A stretch of DNA of 37,555 nucleotides, taken from a virus (Duplodnaviria > Caudoviricetes). This document shows positions 36,388-37,555 of this stretch, piece after piece (the first letter of the stretch is position 1; each line of letters begins with the position of its first letter). The translations under genes were made by a program, and so were the position numbers. Where the stretch lies: positions 1 through 37,555 of the IMG/VR virus record IMGVR_UViG_3300037607_000015; one strand, 5' to 3'. The notes beneath the pieces are model-generated. The model did no database searches. It saw only the letters and a program-made list of their open reading frames with translations, and had not been told where the DNA came from.

Positions 36388-36520
36388 CGTAACCGCCATT
36401 CCGGGCGCGGGAAAGTCCCGGAGCCATAAAAGGACAGTTGGGCTATCAGCTGCGCCATGATGTGGTAAACCCATCGGGGCCCTGGTGGGTGCCCGGGCCC
36501 CGAATATTCCAAGGAACTAT

Positions 36521-37456
36521 ATGGCTTGGTTTGAGCTCCACGAGCAGTTCGCTGGTCATCCTAAGGTCACTCGGCTTGCTAAAATTTTGGCAATTGGCAA
36601 GGTCCAAGCCCGGGGGCACATCGTCACTCTCTGGTGCTGGGCTGTCTCCTACGCCCAGGAGGGGGATTTCTCACAGTATTCGGATTCTGACGTCGCGGAT
36701 GCGGCCGAATGGGAGGGCGATGCCCCTCAGTTCGTTGCTGCTCTGCTCAGCTCGGGCTGGATGGACGCTGACAGGCGCCTCCACGACTGGGACGCGATGG
36801 GTGTGCGCCTCCTCCGCTCCATGCGGGAACGGCAACGATCGAGACGGGCAAAAGAGGGCCATCCAGAGGATCCGACGCCTGGCGCGGCAACCGATGGTCC
36901 TGATATTGTCACACTACCGTCACGTGACAGTAGCGTGACAGTCTCAAGACTGTCTCACCCTACAGACCCTACGGACCCTCCAGACCTTTCGGACCTTCTT
37001 GTCGAAGACGCGCCGAAAGCGCGCGAACCTGTGGATAACTCTGAGAAGCTCAAAGATCTCGACTACGTCCTGCGGCTTTACGGCCCCGAGCTATCAGGTT
37101 GGATCCTGGGGATCAAGGCACTGATTGCCCAGGAGAACCAGGGAAGGCCTCGGAATCCGTTCGATTGGCGGCCGACCTGTGGATCGTTCGAGCAGGACAT
37201 GAAGAACCTGATCTACAAGCTCGGTGACGACGAGAAGATCAGGATCCTGCATGAGGCCTACAACACGCTCGGTGAGCGCGTGAACTGGCCACGATACGTC
37301 GAGCTGGCCATCCGCTACACGATCAGGACCTCCGAGAAGCTCAAGATCGTAAGTCCATTTGCCTTCACGATGAAGGTGATGAGGACGCCCGGGGAGATCG
37401 TGGGGTCGTGTGCCGACGGGCGGCTTCGAGACCTCGCGGCAAGCATGAGGATGTGA
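36521..37456 (+). CDS. phage replication initiator protein
   Basis: AAGGA RBS; N-terminal 'MAWFELH....HPKV..LA', 'LHDWD', 'RERQRSRR', then a low-complexity linker encoded by repeats. Confidence 0.8.
   Translation: MAWFELHEQFAGHPKVTRLAKILAIGKVQARGHIVTLWCWAVSYAQEGDFSQYSDSDVADAAEWEGDAPQFVAALLSSGWMDADRRLHDWDAMGVRLLRSMRERQRSRRAKEGHPEDPTPGAATDGPDIVTLPSRDSSVTVSRLSHPTDPTDPPDLSDLLVEDAPKAREPVDNSEKLKDLDYVLRLYGPELSGWILGIKALIAQENQGRPRNPFDWRPTCGSFEQDMKNLIYKLGDDEKIRILHEAYNTLGERVNWPRYVELAIRYTIRTSEKLKIVSPFAFTMKVMRTPGEIVGSCADGRLRDLAASMRM
36907..37038. repeat. putative replication origin: 34-bp palindrome, four 9-bp tandem repeats and a DnaA box
   Basis: TGTCACACTACCGTCAC/GTGACAGTAGCGTGACA at 36907-36940, nCnGACCyT x4 at 36962-36997, TGTGGATAA at 37030-37038. 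Confidence 0.65.
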
Positions 37457-37468
37457 CCAGGAGGAAGA

Positions 37469-37555
37469 ATGGACCGGAAAATGCTTGAAGCTCTACGAAA
37501 TCTCGCGCCAAAGCGCGGTGATGGGATCAGCTCCATTACGCTGTCGGCGATCGTC
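37469..37555 (+). CDS. partial hypothetical protein running off the window end
   Basis: AGGAGG RBS, ATG 37469, MDRKMLEALRNLAPKRG..., no stop before the end. Confidence 0.55.
   Translation, partial: MDRKMLEALRNLAPKRGDGISSITLSAIV

Noticed and set aside
37469-37555. Exact circular join of the terminal ORF with position 1
   Set aside because: A direct join gives a short in-frame ORF ending at 45, but frame 3 (3..122) is also open and no terminal repeat is visible, so exact circularity cannot be established.
1-37555. Apparent abundance of GATC/CGATCG
   Set aside because: Plausibly explained by ATC (Ile) and GAT codon usage in a GC-rich genome. It was not quantified, and no methyltransferase gene was seen.

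Overview
The window looks like a complete or near-complete genome of a small, GC-rich, lambda-like tailed phage (siphovirus type). Almost all genes are on the + strand. The order is: small late-early ORFs, gpZ-like gene, lambda cosQ-like site, Nu1/GpA-type terminase, head-tail adaptor, lambda-type portal, fused protease-major capsid, neck and tail genes (tail tube, a tRNA-CAT, G/GT chaperone with a -1 frameshift, short tape measure, hub, Dit-like), fibre/spike/glycanase cassette, lysis module (holin-like genes, NlpC/P60), divergent regulatory region, and early genes (HNH, VRR-NUC, ParB, HerA-like ATPase, replication initiator with origin-like repeats). I recognise no integrase, ParA or S24-type CI. 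The most striking signal is that five genes in the virion modules, including clear tail-fibre/tailspike-type proteins, start with Sec/SPase I-type signal peptides followed by Gln at +1. They also carry many D-S/T motifs, densest in the main fibre, resembling the Bacteroidota O-glycosylation sequon. I infer a phage that exports its fibres and spikes to the host periplasm for modification, or secretes them. A holin-like protein fused through an internal signal peptide to a beta-barrel-like domain is a second unusual element. All calls come from reading the sequence by eye, with no database searches.
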